In this document: positions 47,760-57,799 of the stretch, one piece after another
Position numbering within the stretch: the stretch's first letter is position 1
How the letters are laid out: each line of letters opens with the position of its first letter
Assembly: GCA_038230075.1 (NCBI GenBank)
Contig: JBBRNV010000005.1
Location: 14,071-78,070 of the forward strand
DNA: 64,000 nucleotides
Origin: Minisyncoccia bacterium
GTDB lineage: Bacteria; Patescibacteriota; Minisyncoccia; Phycocordibacterales; CALRBL01
Reading direction: 5' to 3'
Program-made: the position numbers and the translations under genes
The notes under the pieces: generated by a model
Told to the model about the DNA's origin: nothing
The model's database searches: none
The model's input: only the letters and a program-made list of their open reading frames with translations

Positions 47760-48008
47760 TTAACACCTGATAGCCCTTTCAGGACACCAAAGGTTAATAG
47801 CTGCACCGTTTCCAATCAAACGACGAATAAAAGGCCGATCAAAAAGCACGAACTGATGACCGCCACATCTCCACACAACCTGATCTCCTTTAAAACACAA
47901 AACTAAAGTTCTTGATTCAGTTGTGAATTGCGACGTTGTGAGAGAAACAATTCTCGTTTCTTCGTTTGTTTCAGAAAAAAATACTTCGTTAATAGGATCA
48001 AACTTCAT
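47760..48008 (-). CDS. Small hypothetical protein
   Basis: 82-aa ORF with AAAGGAG upstream. Confidence 0.4.
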   Translation of the reverse strand: MKFDPINEVFFSETNEETRIVSLTTSQFTTESRTLVLCFKGDQVVWRCGGHQFVLFDRPFIRRLIGNGAAINLWCPERAIRC

Positions 48009-48090
48009 AGGAACTCCTTTCCAAAGAAAGTATCCAACATCTACTTAAATTTTCTTTGAAGTAAAGACTAAGAAGTGATAAAATATACAC

Positions 48091-48588
48091 ATGGCCGACG
48101 CTCACTCACCTGTTACGTGGAAAGCCCACGAATATCATCATTTTGAAAGAAGTACTGATTGGTATTGGGCGGTTGCACTCGTTGCTGTTTGTATTTGCGC
48201 ACTTTCAATATTCTTTGGAAATTATATCTTTGCGCTACTCATCATTGTTGCAGCGGCATCACTAACACTTCACGCAGCAAAAAGTCCGGAACTAACAAGT
48301 TTTGAATTAAATGAAGAAGGAATAAAGATTATTTCAATGAATGAATCGATTCTCTATCCTTATAAAAATCTCGAAGCATTTTGTGTTGAAGAACATAAAG
48401 ACGAAAACAACGAACTCATTCATGCAAAACTTTTAGTAAAGTCAAAACACTTCTTTATGCCATTCATCGTTATTATTGTTGACGAAATTACACCAGGAGA
48501 CGTACGAAGACACCTGATTCGTCACCTACAAGAACATGATTTATACGAACCACTTGGACAGCGAGTAATGGAATATTTAGGATTTTAG
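48091..48588 (+). CDS. Conserved-looking hypothetical membrane protein
   Basis: W.A.EY...ERS.DWYW, two TM helices, C-terminal LGF. Confidence 0.75.
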   Translation: MADAHSPVTWKAHEYHHFERSTDWYWAVALVAVCICALSIFFGNYIFALLIIVAAASLTLHAAKSPELTSFELNEEGIKIISMNESILYPYKNLEAFCVEEHKDENNELIHAKLLVKSKHFFMPFIVIIVDEITPGDVRRHLIRHLQEHDLYEPLGQRVMEYLGF

Positions 48589-48599
48589 CTCAATCTCGC

Positions 48600-49763
48600 A
48601 TGATTCGATACGCCCGACAATTTTTATACATAACACTTGCTTGTGTTGTTATTACTATCATTATTAGTATTCATCTTTTTTCTGTAAAAGCTTCAACAGC
48701 ACCCATAAGCACACCAACTTCTGCCACCTTTCCAAACAAAGCATCAGTTACTGAAGTTGTTCAAGAGATAAAACAAGAAATAAAAACTTCAGACGTAAGA
48801 GCGTTGGTTAACAAAGAGGAGTACGACAAAAAAGTTATTCAGAATGCGAACATTAAACGTGTACCTGTCGGAAAAGTATCGACTTCAACCAAAACTTCAA
48901 CTTCAAGCACAACGACAGTAGCAACTTCAACATTGGTAAAAAGTTTGTGGCCGGCAAAAACTGTTTATCACTTAGAGGGAGCACTTCTTCCTTTTAATCG
49001 TATTGTTGCCTACTACGGAAACTTTTATTCAAAAAACATGGGGGTTCTTGGACAATATCCAAAAACTGAGATGCTCGCAAAACTAAATGGTGAAGTTGAA
49101 AAATGGAAATTAGCTGACCCCACAACCCCTGTTATTCCTGCAATTGACTACATAGCACTCACCGCCCAAGGAACTGCAGGAGATAGCGGCTACTACAGCT
49201 TACGAATGCCAAGCACTGAGATTGATAAAGCAGTTGCACTCGCAAATGAAATTGGTGGCATTGTTATTCTTGATACACAAGTAGGGCAAAGTAACGTAAA
49301 AATTGAAATTCCTCTTCTAGAAAAGTATTTAAAAATGCCCAATGTTCACTTGGCACTTGATCCAGAATTTTCAATGAAGAAAGGACAGAAGCCAGGAACT
49401 GTTATTGGCACCATGGATGCCACTGATATTAATTACGTCGCGAACTACTTAGCAAAGCTGGTGAAAGATAATAATATTCCTCCAAAAATTCTCATCGTTC
49501 ACCGATTCACTACACCAATGATCACTCATTCAAAAAGTATTACTCCCCTCCCAGAAGTTCAGATTGTAATCGATATGGATGGATGGAGTATGCCTTCAAA
49601 AAAGATTGCTGTGTACAATCAAATAGTTGCAAGTGAACCTGTTGAATTCACCGGATTCAAACTCTTTTATAAAAACGATCTTCGAGCACCAAGCACTCGA
49701 ATGACTACAACTTCAGAGATATTAAATCTCACCCCTCAACCAGTTTTCATTCAATATCAATAA
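48600..49763 (+). CDS. Secreted hypothetical protein (possible glycoside hydrolase-like barrel)
   Basis: Anchor + S/T linker; RIVAYYG, LD.QVG, HLALDPEF, VHRF, DG.., GFKLFY. Confidence 0.7.
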   Translation: MIRYARQFLYITLACVVITIIISIHLFSVKASTAPISTPTSATFPNKASVTEVVQEIKQEIKTSDVRALVNKEEYDKKVIQNANIKRVPVGKVSTSTKTSTSSTTTVATSTLVKSLWPAKTVYHLEGALLPFNRIVAYYGNFYSKNMGVLGQYPKTEMLAKLNGEVEKWKLADPTTPVIPAIDYIALTAQGTAGDSGYYSLRMPSTEIDKAVALANEIGGIVILDTQVGQSNVKIEIPLLEKYLKMPNVHLALDPEFSMKKGQKPGTVIGTMDATDINYVANYLAKLVKDNNIPPKILIVHRFTTPMITHSKSITPLPEVQIVIDMDGWSMPSKKIAVYNQIVASEPVEFTGFKLFYKNDLRAPSTRMTTTSEILNLTPQPVFIQYQ

Positions 49764-49832
49764 AATTCAGCAAAGTTTGGTTGGAAGAATATGAAATTGC
49801 AAAAAATAAGTTTGAATGAGAGGATGTGATCA

Positions 49833-49904
49833 CTCCTCGTCGTTCAATGGATAGGACATGAGTTTGCGGAACTCAAAATTTAGGTTCGATTCCTAACGAG
49901 GGGA
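49833..49904 (+). tRNA. tRNA-Arg(GCG)
   Basis: ctcctcg/cgagggg acceptor stem; tgagt-tt-GCG-ga-actca anticodon arm. Confidence 0.9.
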
Positions 49905-49909
49905 AAGCA

Positions 49910-49959
49910 AAAATAAAAAGCATCTAGTGGGAATGAATTCACTAGATGCTTTTTATTTT
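49910..49959. terminator. 20-bp inverted repeat, bidirectional terminator
   Basis: aaaataaaaagcatctagtg / cactagatgctttttatttt. Confidence 0.75.
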
Positions 49960-49963
49960 GTTT

Positions 49964-50227
49964 TTACTTAGCCTTCGCTACTAACTTTGCAAGTCGAGAC
50001 TTCTTTCGGTCAGCAGCACCTTTCTTGATAAGACCAGTTTTTGCCGCCTTATCGATAGCTTGAAATGCTTTTGAAAGCTCAGCTGCTGCTTTTTTAGCAT
50101 CACCTGATGTAGCCATCTTTCGGATGTCTTTTGAAGCATCTTTCATTACTTCTTTTCGTCGTAGATTGAATACTCGCTTTTTATCTGATCCTCGAAGAGC
50201 CTTTTTGGCTGATTTGGTAATTGGCAT
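49964..50227 (-). CDS. rpsT: 30S ribosomal protein S20
   Basis: MPITKSAKKALR, IDKAAK.G.IK...A.RKKSRL. Confidence 0.95.
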   Translation of the reverse strand: MPITKSAKKALRGSDKKRVFNLRRKEVMKDASKDIRKMATSGDAKKAAAELSKAFQAIDKAAKTGLIKKGAADRKKSRLAKLVAKAK

Positions 50228-50303
50228 ATGTTCGACCAAATTAACACAAAAGGCGGTGTGGCGCAAGAGAGTAGTAGCGCCAAAGACCATATATACTTAG
50301 GCA

Positions 50304-50873
50304 ATGATCAGCCATCTTACAGGCACCCTCCTTCTTCTCGATATTCGATATGCAATTATTGATGTTAATGGCGTTGGATACAAAGTTTCAATCACCGGCG
50401 AAGTTGTTGAAAAACTCTCTCACAGCTTGAATACTACTGTCTCACTTCATACCTATTTAGCAGTTCGGGAAACCGCTCTCGACTTATACGGATTCATGAC
50501 TGCTTCAGACCTAGAGATGTTCGAATATCTCTTAACAGTTTCAGGAATTGGGCCAAAGTCTGCTCTTGGGGTGTTAAACATTGCGAATGCCAACACGGTT
50601 CGAGAAGCGGTGACTTCGGGCGACATTTCATATTTAACCAAAGTCTCAGGGATTGGAAAGAAAACTGCAGAAAAGATCATACTTGAACTTAAAGGAAAGC
50701 TCGGAGATGAAACAGAAATGCTCTCTGGAGGAAAGGATGCTGGTATTGCCATCGAAGGCCTTAAGGCGCTTGGATACAGTGAACGCGAGGCTCGTGATGC
50801 TATTAAAGACATGCCAAAAGATATGTCTCCTGAAGCTCTGCTCAAAGAGGCTCTTAAGAAGCTTGGATCTTAA
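50304..50873 (+). CDS. ruvA: Holliday junction branch migration protein RuvA
   Basis: VNGVGY, LYGF, VSGIGPKSAL, GIGKKTAEKIILEL, ALGY. Confidence 0.95.
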   Translation: MISHLTGTLLLLDIRYAIIDVNGVGYKVSITGEVVEKLSHSLNTTVSLHTYLAVRETALDLYGFMTASDLEMFEYLLTVSGIGPKSALGVLNIANANTVREAVTSGDISYLTKVSGIGKKTAEKIILELKGKLGDETEMLSGGKDAGIAIEGLKALGYSEREARDAIKDMPKDMSPEALLKEALKKLGS

Positions 50874-50936
50874 GACACTCAAAACGGACGCAAATTTCAA
50901 CTTCCCTCTTTTACCCTTTTAGAATAGAGTATTTCC

Positions 50937-51860
50937 ATGCCAGAACTACCAGAAGTTCAAACCACCGTTGATGGAATTAAGAAAGTTGTTGTTGGAAGTG
51001 TAATTACTGATGTTTGGACCGACTATAACAGCCCTTATTACAAAGGATCAGAACAAATCAAAGATCCAACGTATTTTACATTTTTTAGAAAAGAACTTCT
51101 TGGAAAACAAATCATCGGTTCATCTCGTCGCGCAAAAAATGTATTAATTCATGTCGAAGGAGGTCTCACTATTCTTATTCATATGAAAATGACTGGCCAC
51201 ATAATGCACGGAACATTTGCCTTTGATGCCAAAAAGAAAAAAGATAAATGGTCACCTCTTGATGAAGGCCCCTTACAAGATCCTTTTAACAAATTTCTTC
51301 ATCTTGTTTTCTCTTTATCTTCAGGCAAAAGCTTAGTTCTCTCTGATATGCGAAAGTTTGCCAAAGTAACTTTGGTTAAAACCGCAGACATGAATTCAAC
51401 GATTCATTTTAAAGATCTGGGGCCAGAGCCACTCTCAAAAGAATTTACTCTAAAGGTTTTTATGGAAACAATTAATAAGAAACCAAAAGGAAAAATAAAG
51501 ACAGTTCTGATGGACCAATCTCTTATCGCAGGAATTGGAAATATTTATTCAGATGAAGTGTTGTGGAGAGCGGGAGTTCATCCTGAAGAATTGGTTTCAA
51601 ATATCCCCCACCCTCTCTTTAAAAAAATGTTTGATGCGATAAAAACAACACTCAATAAAGGAATCGATTTCGGCGGAGACTCAATGTCAGATTATCGAAA
51701 CATTTATGGTGAACCTGGAAAGTTTCAAGAACAACACCAAGCATACCGACAAACTAAAAAATCATGTAAGAAACCTAAGTGCAAGGGAATCATTCTTCGA
51801 AAGATGGTTGGAGGAAGAAGCGCTCACTTCTGCAGCGCTCATCAGTTGTTACAAAAATAA
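50937..51860 (+). CDS. mutM: Formamidopyrimidine-DNA glycosylase
   Basis: MPELPEV, HMKMTG, LGPEPL, GIGNIYSDE, C-terminal zinc finger. Confidence 0.95.
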   Translation: MPELPEVQTTVDGIKKVVVGSVITDVWTDYNSPYYKGSEQIKDPTYFTFFRKELLGKQIIGSSRRAKNVLIHVEGGLTILIHMKMTGHIMHGTFAFDAKKKKDKWSPLDEGPLQDPFNKFLHLVFSLSSGKSLVLSDMRKFAKVTLVKTADMNSTIHFKDLGPEPLSKEFTLKVFMETINKKPKGKIKTVLMDQSLIAGIGNIYSDEVLWRAGVHPEELVSNIPHPLFKKMFDAIKTTLNKGIDFGGDSMSDYRNIYGEPGKFQEQHQAYRQTKKSCKKPKCKGIILRKMVGGRSAHFCSAHQLLQK

Positions 51861-51916
51861 AAAACACCGAGTTGGAGTAACCCCACTCGATGCTTTTTAT
51901 TTTTATAGTCTATTTA

Positions 51917-54901
51917 TTACCGTCCGTATTTCTTCATGTAGTCTTGGGCCGCTTTAAATATTTTTTCTACTTCACTTGCACTTAACACTGAAGAAGCTGC
52001 TTGCTTAATTGCTTTTTCAGTTGTTGTATCAGCCTTTGCTGGAGCCACAGTTGTGGTAGTTGGTGTTGCAACTGTTTTGATAGGAGTGACGGTAGTTGTG
52101 GGTCGCGCACCAGTAGTTGCCGCCTGAGAAGCAGGTGCTGTCAAAGCAAATTTATTACTTGAGAAGTATTTGGTATTTGCGCCAGTTCCAACAATCATTC
52201 CCACATTCCATACATAACCAGATCCAAAGCTGACAAAGGTTGGAATTTTAACTGATTGTGATCCTGCTGCTAACGACACATTTGTTGCCAATATTGTTCG
52301 TTCGCCATCTTCTCTAACAATATAGAGATTTCCAACTGTCGCACCTCCAATATTTTGACTCCACGAAAGTGTTGTTGTTGATCCAGACTGGAGTGAAGTC
52401 ACAAATGGATAGGCTGGGTAAGTAAATCCAAGTGTTCCAGTTATAGGATTTGAGGGTGTGAGGTCAGCGAGTTTAACAGTTATAAGGGTTGGTGACGATG
52501 AAGAGTTTCCCCCGTGACCATTATCAGCAATAGCACTTACAGCGATTTTAAGATCTCCTTCAATAAAATGTGCGTATTCTGGACTACCTGAGTCAATAGA
52601 AACAATTCCATCTGCAGAGGCAGACAAATATGTTGGAGGAGTTCCAATTTGTCCAAATTGATAGTAGTAACTAAATGCACCAGGAGAACTTACTTTAAAT
52701 TGGTAACTATTACCGTGTCCATATCCTAACACTTGGCCATTCACTGGATATGCAAAAACCGGAGAAAGTACCGAGACTCCTTGACCAACAAGATTAACTG
52801 TTACTGTTGCTCCCGACACAAGACAAAATCCTCCAGAGTAGCAAACATCAACACTAACTTTTAATAAACCCGAGTGTATCTTTTTGTATAAATCATCTCC
52901 TTGTTGAACTGCAATCTGACCATTTTGAGAGTTAAGTGTGCCGAGTTCGACACCATTTTGAGAGAAATTAAATCTGTAATTAGTTACTGTTCCAGAACCT
53001 GAAGCAGTTGCTTTGAATAGATAGCTATTGCCCCAACTCCAGTTTAACGTTTGATCGTTGTGTGGGTAATCAAATGAAACGGCTGAAGGGGTTTGAGATG
53101 TTGAAGTTGCATAACGAACACCTAATTGAAGAGTATTTTGAATTGTAGGACCAAAATTTCCACCCGGAGTAATTGTTAATGCATTACAATTTGTTTTTAA
53201 AGCATAAAGATTATTTGCTTCGCCATAGTGCTGCAAGCCTTCAAAGTAGCTGTTTAATGATCCATTTGTATTATCAAACGTGACATTGAAAGCTGGGACT
53301 GAAGATGTTGCTGGGTAAGAAGTAGTTTGGGCAATAGTTTGATTTGTTCCGTTTTGTGCTGAGCGCGAAATAGTACAGATTAAATTACTGATACCAGTAA
53401 TAGGGGCATTGGGATCTTGAGCTGCTACGACCGTGAGTCTAAGTTTTTGTATATTTTGAAAGTCTACTCCAAGAACGCCTGTAGATGTGTATGTAGAACT
53501 AGTCCCTGAATTTGAAATACCGAAGATTACAGTTGATGCAGCACCTGTTGTGTTTTGAACAAGAAGTGAAGGATTAAATATCACAAGCTTAACTGTCGAA
53601 GTAGGTGTCACAACAACTGGACCAGATTGAGAAATGGCCAAACCATTAACCTGACTTCTTCCGTTTGTTGGGCTATAGATATTCATGGCAACACTTTGTG
53701 TTATTGGAGGAAGTACTTGTCCAACAATAAACGAGTAGGTGTTTACATCAGTTCCAATAATAGAAATAGTTCGTGTGATAAGCGGTGAATTAAGTGGAAT
53801 TGTTTTAGTCGATGTTGTTGAGTTTCCTCTTATTTCAAGAAAGTCAGTGTCTCGGTTTTCATATTTAGTGTCGAAAGAAACACTCTGAGTTCCAAATGAA
53901 TTGTTTTGATCAAAAGAAATAGCATTTGGACTAACGTTTGTCATTACAGGAGCTTTTGCATCACTAGGTGATCCTGTTACATACAATAATCGGTCAACAC
54001 TTTTTCCATTTAGAGGATTCTCGACTGCAACTTCATAGTATCCCTCTTCAGGAACAAGATTCGATGGTGTGAAGCTGTAGATACTTCTTCCAGTCTCATC
54101 ACTTACGGTAAAAACATTCGAACTAAGTGCAATTCTTTTAAATACAGGAGCGTTGTTGCCCTCATTTCGAACCGTTAACACATCTGTCTTTCGATTGATT
54201 CTTTCTCCAACAAAACTTGCTGTACCATTAAGAGCTACTGGATATGGAGTGATACTACTTAAGTTTGGACCTTTTTCACCAACAACTGCAACATATGCGG
54301 TCTTAGGACCTGTCATTTGGTATGGTTCCAAGTGAAAACTTTGATCATTCCACCCAATGTCTTTGATGTCTGTTTTGTGAGGCGCCTTGTAAAACTGTAC
54401 GTAACTTAGACCCCAAGCATATACACCAGAAGGGATATCTTTTGTTTCAATAGCTCTTGAGGTTCTAAAGTATGCTGAGGCACCTGATTGAATTTTATAA
54501 ACAACTTGTCCTGAACTATAAAATCCTGGTGGAATTGTGATAGGTGTTGCTCCTCCCAAATGTTCAATGCTCGTAGAACTAAAATTAACATTGACAGAAG
54601 TGTCCGGATCTTGTTTTCCATAGAGACTTAAACTTGCTAATTCAACATACACATCATCAGGGCTGTCATTTCTAAAAAGAAAACGTGCTTTCCCATTGAG
54701 AAATACTTTTCCAGCAGTGTCTCGAATAATGTTATTTGACGTTCGAACAACTTGTGCACTTTGTGGAGGCGCTGAAAAAGACTGAGCGCTTGCAGTTAGC
54801 GCTCCTGCTCCAGTAACGAGAAGTAGTGCAGCAATTAAACTTCCTGCAAAACTTTTTTTAGTAAACAACGAAACCTTCCCTATTGGGTTAGTAATTCTCA
54901 T
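51917..54901 (-). CDS. Large secreted multi-beta-domain surface protein
   Basis: Signal peptide; S/T-rich; repeated F.YP.N.Q.L....G.SY.FK modules shared with 30439-32316. Confidence 0.75.
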   Translation of the reverse strand: MRITNPIGKVSLFTKKSFAGSLIAALLLVTGAGALTASAQSFSAPPQSAQVVRTSNNIIRDTAGKVFLNGKARFLFRNDSPDDVYVELASLSLYGKQDPDTSVNVNFSSTSIEHLGGATPITIPPGFYSSGQVVYKIQSGASAYFRTSRAIETKDIPSGVYAWGLSYVQFYKAPHKTDIKDIGWNDQSFHLEPYQMTGPKTAYVAVVGEKGPNLSSITPYPVALNGTASFVGERINRKTDVLTVRNEGNNAPVFKRIALSSNVFTVSDETGRSIYSFTPSNLVPEEGYYEVAVENPLNGKSVDRLLYVTGSPSDAKAPVMTNVSPNAISFDQNNSFGTQSVSFDTKYENRDTDFLEIRGNSTTSTKTIPLNSPLITRTISIIGTDVNTYSFIVGQVLPPITQSVAMNIYSPTNGRSQVNGLAISQSGPVVVTPTSTVKLVIFNPSLLVQNTTGAASTVIFGISNSGTSSTYTSTGVLGVDFQNIQKLRLTVVAAQDPNAPITGISNLICTISRSAQNGTNQTIAQTTSYPATSSVPAFNVTFDNTNGSLNSYFEGLQHYGEANNLYALKTNCNALTITPGGNFGPTIQNTLQLGVRYATSTSQTPSAVSFDYPHNDQTLNWSWGNSYLFKATASGSGTVTNYRFNFSQNGVELGTLNSQNGQIAVQQGDDLYKKIHSGLLKVSVDVCYSGGFCLVSGATVTVNLVGQGVSVLSPVFAYPVNGQVLGYGHGNSYQFKVSSPGAFSYYYQFGQIGTPPTYLSASADGIVSIDSGSPEYAHFIEGDLKIAVSAIADNGHGGNSSSSPTLITVKLADLTPSNPITGTLGFTYPAYPFVTSLQSGSTTTLSWSQNIGGATVGNLYIVREDGERTILATNVSLAAGSQSVKIPTFVSFGSGYVWNVGMIVGTGANTKYFSSNKFALTAPASQAATTGARPTTTVTPIKTVATPTTTTVAPAKADTTTEKAIKQAASSVLSASEVEKIFKAAQDYMKKYGR

Positions 54902-54946
54902 GTAATTTGTTAATTTATTAATTTGATGTTAATTGTATCATACGCA

Positions 54947-55786
54947 ATGAAAAAGATATTCTTCATTTTTGTCTACATTTTTGCCTTCATCGGCTTCTTT
55001 TTTGTTGCTGTTTTTTTTGCTTTGAAACTAGGCTTAACCAAAACGGCCGGTATTATCGATTTTCAACGTGAAGCATTTTTAAAAGAACAAAACACTTCTT
55101 CAACAAGCACTCAAGGAGAAGCTTCTGCTGACTTTTCATACATTCAAGGGACTACAGAATGGAACACTTTCAAACTGTCTGTGTTAAAAGACACAGGAGT
55201 ACTTTCTCGAGTAAGCGCCACCACAAATGTACCCTCTCGATTAATAGTTTCTGTTCTCGCTTCTGAACAACTGCGTCTTTTCTTCACCGACAGAGAGGTT
55301 TTTAAGCAATTTTTCTCTCCTCTTAAGATTTTAGGTAATGAAACCCAGTTTTCATGGGGTGTCATGGGGGTCAAAGAAGAAACAGCCGTGGCAATTGAGC
55401 AAAATCTCAAAAATCCAAACTCTGAGTACTATTTGGGGCCTGAATATGAGCACTTGCTTGATTTTAAGGCCACAGATAAGTCTGGAATTGATCAGGAACG
55501 CTTTGCGCGAATCACCGAAGAGCATGATCGTTACTATGCATACCTTTATGGAGCACTCTTTATTAAAGAAATTGAGAAACAGTGGCGTACCGCAGGTTTT
55601 GATATCTCAAAACGACCTGAAATTATTGGAACTTTATATGATTTGGGTTTCCAGAAATCACAACCCAAAGCCAATCCTCAAATTGGAGGTGCTGAAATCA
55701 ATATCGACGGAAAGATTTGGAGTTTCGGAGGCCTTACCTACGATGTTTTCTATTCAAATGAGATGATAGATGCCTTTCCTCAATAA
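54947..55786 (+). CDS. Membrane-anchored hypothetical protein
   Basis: N-terminal TM; EQLRLF, SWGVMG, GTLYDLG (weakly lysozyme-like). Confidence 0.65.
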   Translation: MKKIFFIFVYIFAFIGFFFVAVFFALKLGLTKTAGIIDFQREAFLKEQNTSSTSTQGEASADFSYIQGTTEWNTFKLSVLKDTGVLSRVSATTNVPSRLIVSVLASEQLRLFFTDREVFKQFFSPLKILGNETQFSWGVMGVKEETAVAIEQNLKNPNSEYYLGPEYEHLLDFKATDKSGIDQERFARITEEHDRYYAYLYGALFIKEIEKQWRTAGFDISKRPEIIGTLYDLGFQKSQPKANPQIGGAEINIDGKIWSFGGLTYDVFYSNEMIDAFPQ

Positions 55787-55809
55787 AAACAGAGATTTCT
55801 AAATGAGGA

Positions 55810-56313
55810 TTAAATGCCAAGTATTCGAAAAACTGCAATTCCTGTAGCGATTGCCACATTCAGAGACTCTTTTTCACCTCTCTGGGGAATTTCTATGACT
55901 TCATCACAAATATCGAGTGTTTCTTGAGGAATCCCAAAGGGCTCGTTACCTATCAACAATACAGTTGGATGTGAAAGTGAGAGTTTGAAGTCTTTATAAT
56001 CGATAGAATCTTTTGATTGTTCAAGAGCCACAAGACAGTATCCTTGGTTTTTAAGACTTATCATAAGATCAGTAGTTTTCCCTTGAGAAAAAGGCACTGT
56101 TTTTTCTGAACCAAGTGAAATTTTTGAAAAATCTTTTCGACTTCTTCCAAATCGATCAATGGGGGCCGGAGTGTATCCTCCTAAATAAATATGTGAAATA
56201 CCTGCACAATCAGCAATACGAAAAATCGAAGCGACATTTTGAACACTTCGAATATCATCAAGTAGGAGCACGAGCGAAGATGAGGTTTGGGGGCTGGAAT
56301 CCTTTTTCATCAT
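55810..56313 (-). CDS. TrmH/SpoU-family RNA methyltransferase
   Basis: DIRS.QNV.SIFR.AD, GNE..GI, IP..G.KESLNVA.A. Confidence 0.9.
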   Translation of the reverse strand: MMKKDSSPQTSSSLVLLLDDIRSVQNVASIFRIADCAGISHIYLGGYTPAPIDRFGRSRKDFSKISLGSEKTVPFSQGKTTDLMISLKNQGYCLVALEQSKDSIDYKDFKLSLSHPTVLLIGNEPFGIPQETLDICDEVIEIPQRGEKESLNVAIATGIAVFRILGI

Positions 56314-56330
56314 TGTGTTATACTCTTTTT

Positions 56331-56738
56331 ATGCATTTTGTGAATCCCCTCCCATTTCTTCTCGACTATGGAATTTTCGTTCCCCTCTTTCTTCGAGTGA
56401 TTGTTTCTTACTTTCTTTTAACAACATTTCTTCTTCTTGGAAAAGTGAAGTCTGAGCAAACTGATCCAACAAATGTTACCTCATTTAGTTTTATCGAAAA
56501 CAATATTGTTGTTTCTATCATTCGATTTTGCATTCCTTTCATTATTGTTCTCGTGCTCGTTGGCGCATTCACTCAAATAGCCGCAATACTTTCAATTATT
56601 ATTTTCATCGGCATGTCACTTCTTCAAGAAACAAAACTTTTTCCTGTTGGGAAAACTTCTTTTCTCATTCTTATTGTCATTGCGGTTTGCCTTCTTGTAT
56701 CAGGAGGTGGACATTACGCCCTTGATTATCCCTTGTAG
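56331..56738 (+). CDS. DoxX-like membrane protein
   Basis: NPLP.LL, LR, G.FTQIAA, GGG.YALDYPL. Confidence 0.65.
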   Translation: MHFVNPLPFLLDYGIFVPLFLRVIVSYFLLTTFLLLGKVKSEQTDPTNVTSFSFIENNIVVSIIRFCIPFIIVLVLVGAFTQIAAILSIIIFIGMSLLQETKLFPVGKTSFLILIVIAVCLLVSGGGHYALDYPL

Positions 56739-56841
56739 TTAAAACACCCGATTTCCAAAAGGATTTTGATTTTCAAGGATTTTTTGTTAGTATCGCTCGT
56801 ACAGATATGTTGTGTGATTAAGACCCCAGAATGTTAGCAAT

Positions 56842-56914
56842 GCACCCGTAGCTCAGTCGGTAGAGCTGCTCCCTTTTAAGGAGAAGGTCGCAGGTTCGAT
56901 TCCTGCCGGGTGCA
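56842..56914 (+). tRNA. tRNA-Lys(TTT)
   Basis: gcacccg/cgggtgc acceptor stem; loop ct-TTT-aa. Confidence 0.92.
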
Positions 56915-57061
56915 CAACTTAAGTAGATGAGGTTTGGAAAAATGTAGCCTCTCAAGAAAACCTCTTTGTTGTTAAGATCTTGAACAAAGAATTCTTTTTT
57001 TCAATAAACTTTTCAGAACAAAAAAACAGACCTTATGCCATAAGTCTGTTATACTTTATTA

Positions 57062-57799
57062 ATGATCAAATTTAATGAAGTGACTTGGTATTCAAAATTA
57101 TTAGCGGTTATTTTATTTATTGCATTGCTTCCCATTCTTACGTTCTATATCGGAACTGAGTATCAGCAAGCAGTTGATATTAATAACAACATTCCTTCTG
57201 TAAGTGAATCTTCTTCTGTAAAAACAAACGTTGCTGTAAGTGGTTCAACTGGAAGTAGTATGTCGACGGGAGTTTATACAAACGCAACATATGGATGGAG
57301 CTTTCATTACCCAACTAATTGGAAAGTGGCAGAAACTGCAAATGGAGGCGTAACAGTTTCAGCAAATATCGCAGTGGCCACATCAGCGGTTAATGTTAAG
57401 CAGCCAGCAATCTTAGCAATTACAATTACATCTGTTAAAAAGACTGCTTTTGCTCCTCTAAAAACAAAAGTTGGAAATATTGGATACGACGCTGCTCTTG
57501 GAGCACTTGTGGACTCTTCAGGACAATCACAACGATGTTTGCCTTACACACCTTTCTTAGGACGAAATAATGTTATTAAAGGATTCCTCTATGGTGGAAG
57601 TAATATGTCAGATCCTGCCTACTTAAACTACGCAATCCTCACCAATAAAGATTACATGGTTCTTATGCAAACTGAAGACTACGGAGAAACAAACAATGAG
57701 AAGCTTCGATTAGAAGCTGAAGCTGGTCAGCAAAAGATATTTGACTCATTCAAACTTACAGCTGGCACAGATGCCATTGTTCCTGCTTGCTCACAATAG
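57062..57799 (+). CDS. Membrane-anchored PsbP-like protein
   Basis: N-terminal VTWYSKL.A TM; YTN..YG.SF.YP..W; KIFDSFK. Confidence 0.65.
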   Translation: MIKFNEVTWYSKLLAVILFIALLPILTFYIGTEYQQAVDINNNIPSVSESSSVKTNVAVSGSTGSSMSTGVYTNATYGWSFHYPTNWKVAETANGGVTVSANIAVATSAVNVKQPAILAITITSVKKTAFAPLKTKVGNIGYDAALGALVDSSGQSQRCLPYTPFLGRNNVIKGFLYGGSNMSDPAYLNYAILTNKDYMVLMQTEDYGETNNEKLRLEAEAGQQKIFDSFKLTAGTDAIVPACSQ

